A DNA stretch of 63,967 nucleotides, counting the filler. It is 4 parts of 4 records of this genome, joined end to end, with 100 filler letters (N's around TTAATTAATTAA, not from the genome) between each part and the next. Parts side by side here need not be neighbours in the genome. Positions count along the whole stretch, not along the records: positions 53,822 to 63,967 come from SRR20825019_820; 3 more parts are not named here. One strand, written 5' to 3'. Both the position numbers and the translations under genes were made by a program. Under the pieces are notes generated by a model that did no database searches, was not told the origin of the DNA, and saw only the letters and a program-made list of their open reading frames with translations. Of the stretch, positions 62,821-63,967 are shown in pieces; position 1 is the first letter of the stretch; each line of letters starts with the position of its first letter.

Positions 62821-63936
62821 TCAGGCGCGAACGTCAAAAAAGACTTCGCCGACGGTGCCGGTGGTGCCGTCATCACGCTCAAATTGTGATTTGGCAACCA
62901 GATCACCACCGATCAGGCGCTGATCAAGCGGGGTGATCATTGTCAGCGAAATCGATTTGATGCCTTCGCTTTCAAGCGAGCTTTGGCTGCCATCAGCACG
63001 CAGCAGGACCAAAGAGGAAAAGACCTTGTCCTTGCTGTCGATCACGCCATCATTGTTGTCGTCATATTTGGCGAGTTCGGCAAAGCCGTCCTTGGCACCG
63101 TTTTGATCGCCAAACAATTCGGTACCATCATTTATGATGCCATCATCGTTGCGATCAAGCGCCAGCAAGGCATCATTGCCGCCAACCCATGCGGTCTGAT
63201 CAATAGTTCCATCGCCATCAATATCGAACTGTTTGTTATCATTGACGTGTGAGGTGGTGATGCCGTCCCCGTCAAGATCAAGGATCAGCGGATCTTTCTG
63301 ATAGACTTGGGTGATTTCAATGCGGACCATTTCGATCTGGGCGCGGAATTCCGAGATCGAGATGTTCGCGCTGCCTTTGATCTTTGAGAAACGGCTTTCG
63401 AGCTGGGTCAGGTCAAGCTTGAAGCTTTGAGAAACGATCGACATCCCGCCAGCAGATATTACAGATGTTTCGGTGGTGGCATTTAAAGACAGTTCTTGCA
63501 CTGAGACCGAGGCGGCGGTGCCATCCAGATTTGAAACGGCGAGCCCTTCGGGGGTATTTCCCGTCATGGAATTGGCAATTTCGCGTGCCTTTTCCGGGGG
63601 GATTCCCATCATCGCAAGAACGATGAAAGCCTCGTTATTCATGCGCTTTTGCGCATCGCTAAGCGCAGGTTTCATCAGGTTCAGAACGTCAAGTGCGCTG
63701 CTTTGAAATTCAAAAACCGGCTTGTCGAATTCTTCGACGGTCGATTTCAATCGTTCATTGGCTTCTTGGCTGATCTCGATATTGTCGATGATGCTTCGCG
63801 TCCGGGCGATGTCTTCTTCCAGCTGCGCGGTGCTTTTGGCTTCGTCAACGACGTTCGTGGCGACATTAGGTGTCGCCGCGACATAGCGTTCTGTCGCGTC
63901 GGCAGGAGAATTGGAGATATTGATTTGTCCAAACAT
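62821..63936 (-). CDS. Hypothetical protein with C-terminal DPLILDLDGDG acidic Ca-binding-like domain
   Basis: GGAGG RBS. DPLILDLDGDG, FDIDGDG, LALDRNDDGIINDGTELFG, YDDNNDGVIDSKD. Confidence 0.78.
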   Translation of the reverse strand: MFGQINISNSPADATERYVAATPNVATNVVDEAKSTAQLEEDIARTRSIIDNIEISQEANERLKSTVEEFDKPVFEFQSSALDVLNLMKPALSDAQKRMNNEAFIVLAMMGIPPEKAREIANSMTGNTPEGLAVSNLDGTAASVSVQELSLNATTETSVISAGGMSIVSQSFKLDLTQLESRFSKIKGSANISISEFRAQIEMVRIEITQVYQKDPLILDLDGDGITTSHVNDNKQFDIDGDGTIDQTAWVGGNDALLALDRNDDGIINDGTELFGDQNGAKDGFAELAKYDDNNDGVIDSKDKVFSSLVLLRADGSQSSLESEGIKSISLTMITPLDQRLIGGDLVAKSQFERDDGTTGTVGEVFFDVRA

Positions 63937-63967
63937 TCAGCGCCTCCTTCCTGAAGGGCTGCGGGAT

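Overview
The window is not one locus. It is four contigs joined by identical 100-nt artificial linkers (44 N + TTAATTAATTAA + 44 N) at 20659-20758, 34578-34677 and 53722-53821. Contigs 1 and 2 (1-20658, 20759-34577) come from a gene-dense microbial eukaryote with about 47-62 nt GT-AG introns and very GC-rich islands upstream of genes. They encode WDR43/UTP5, a signal-peptide/KEEL thioesterase-like enzyme, a spliced 76-aa microprotein, a PAQR receptor, a DadA-like oxidoreductase, a permuted NlpC/P60 pseudoenzyme, a cyclin, a FAM92-like protein and ISY1. They also encode a three-exon, about 1585-aa tandem-jacalin + ankyrin + TRP channel fusion. Contig 3 (34678-53721) is a high-GC alphaproteobacterium, probably Rhizobiales-like. 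It carries a 9-gene alginate-like operon (algD, alg8, alg44, algA, algG-like, small Sel1, algX-like, large Sel1, algL-like). The synthesis core is intact, but the PilZ, isomerase, epimerase, acetylase and lyase motifs are degenerate, and there is no algE or algIJF in the cluster. The contig also has an XylD-like dehydratase and two EcfG-type promoters. Contig 4 (53822-63967) is another alphaproteobacterium, Thalassospira-like by inference, with LacI, a REC-HDOD/REC-HD-GYP/PAS-kinase cassette, a pentapeptide protein, argJ and a PpiC. All family calls are from motif recognition by eye; no searches were run.
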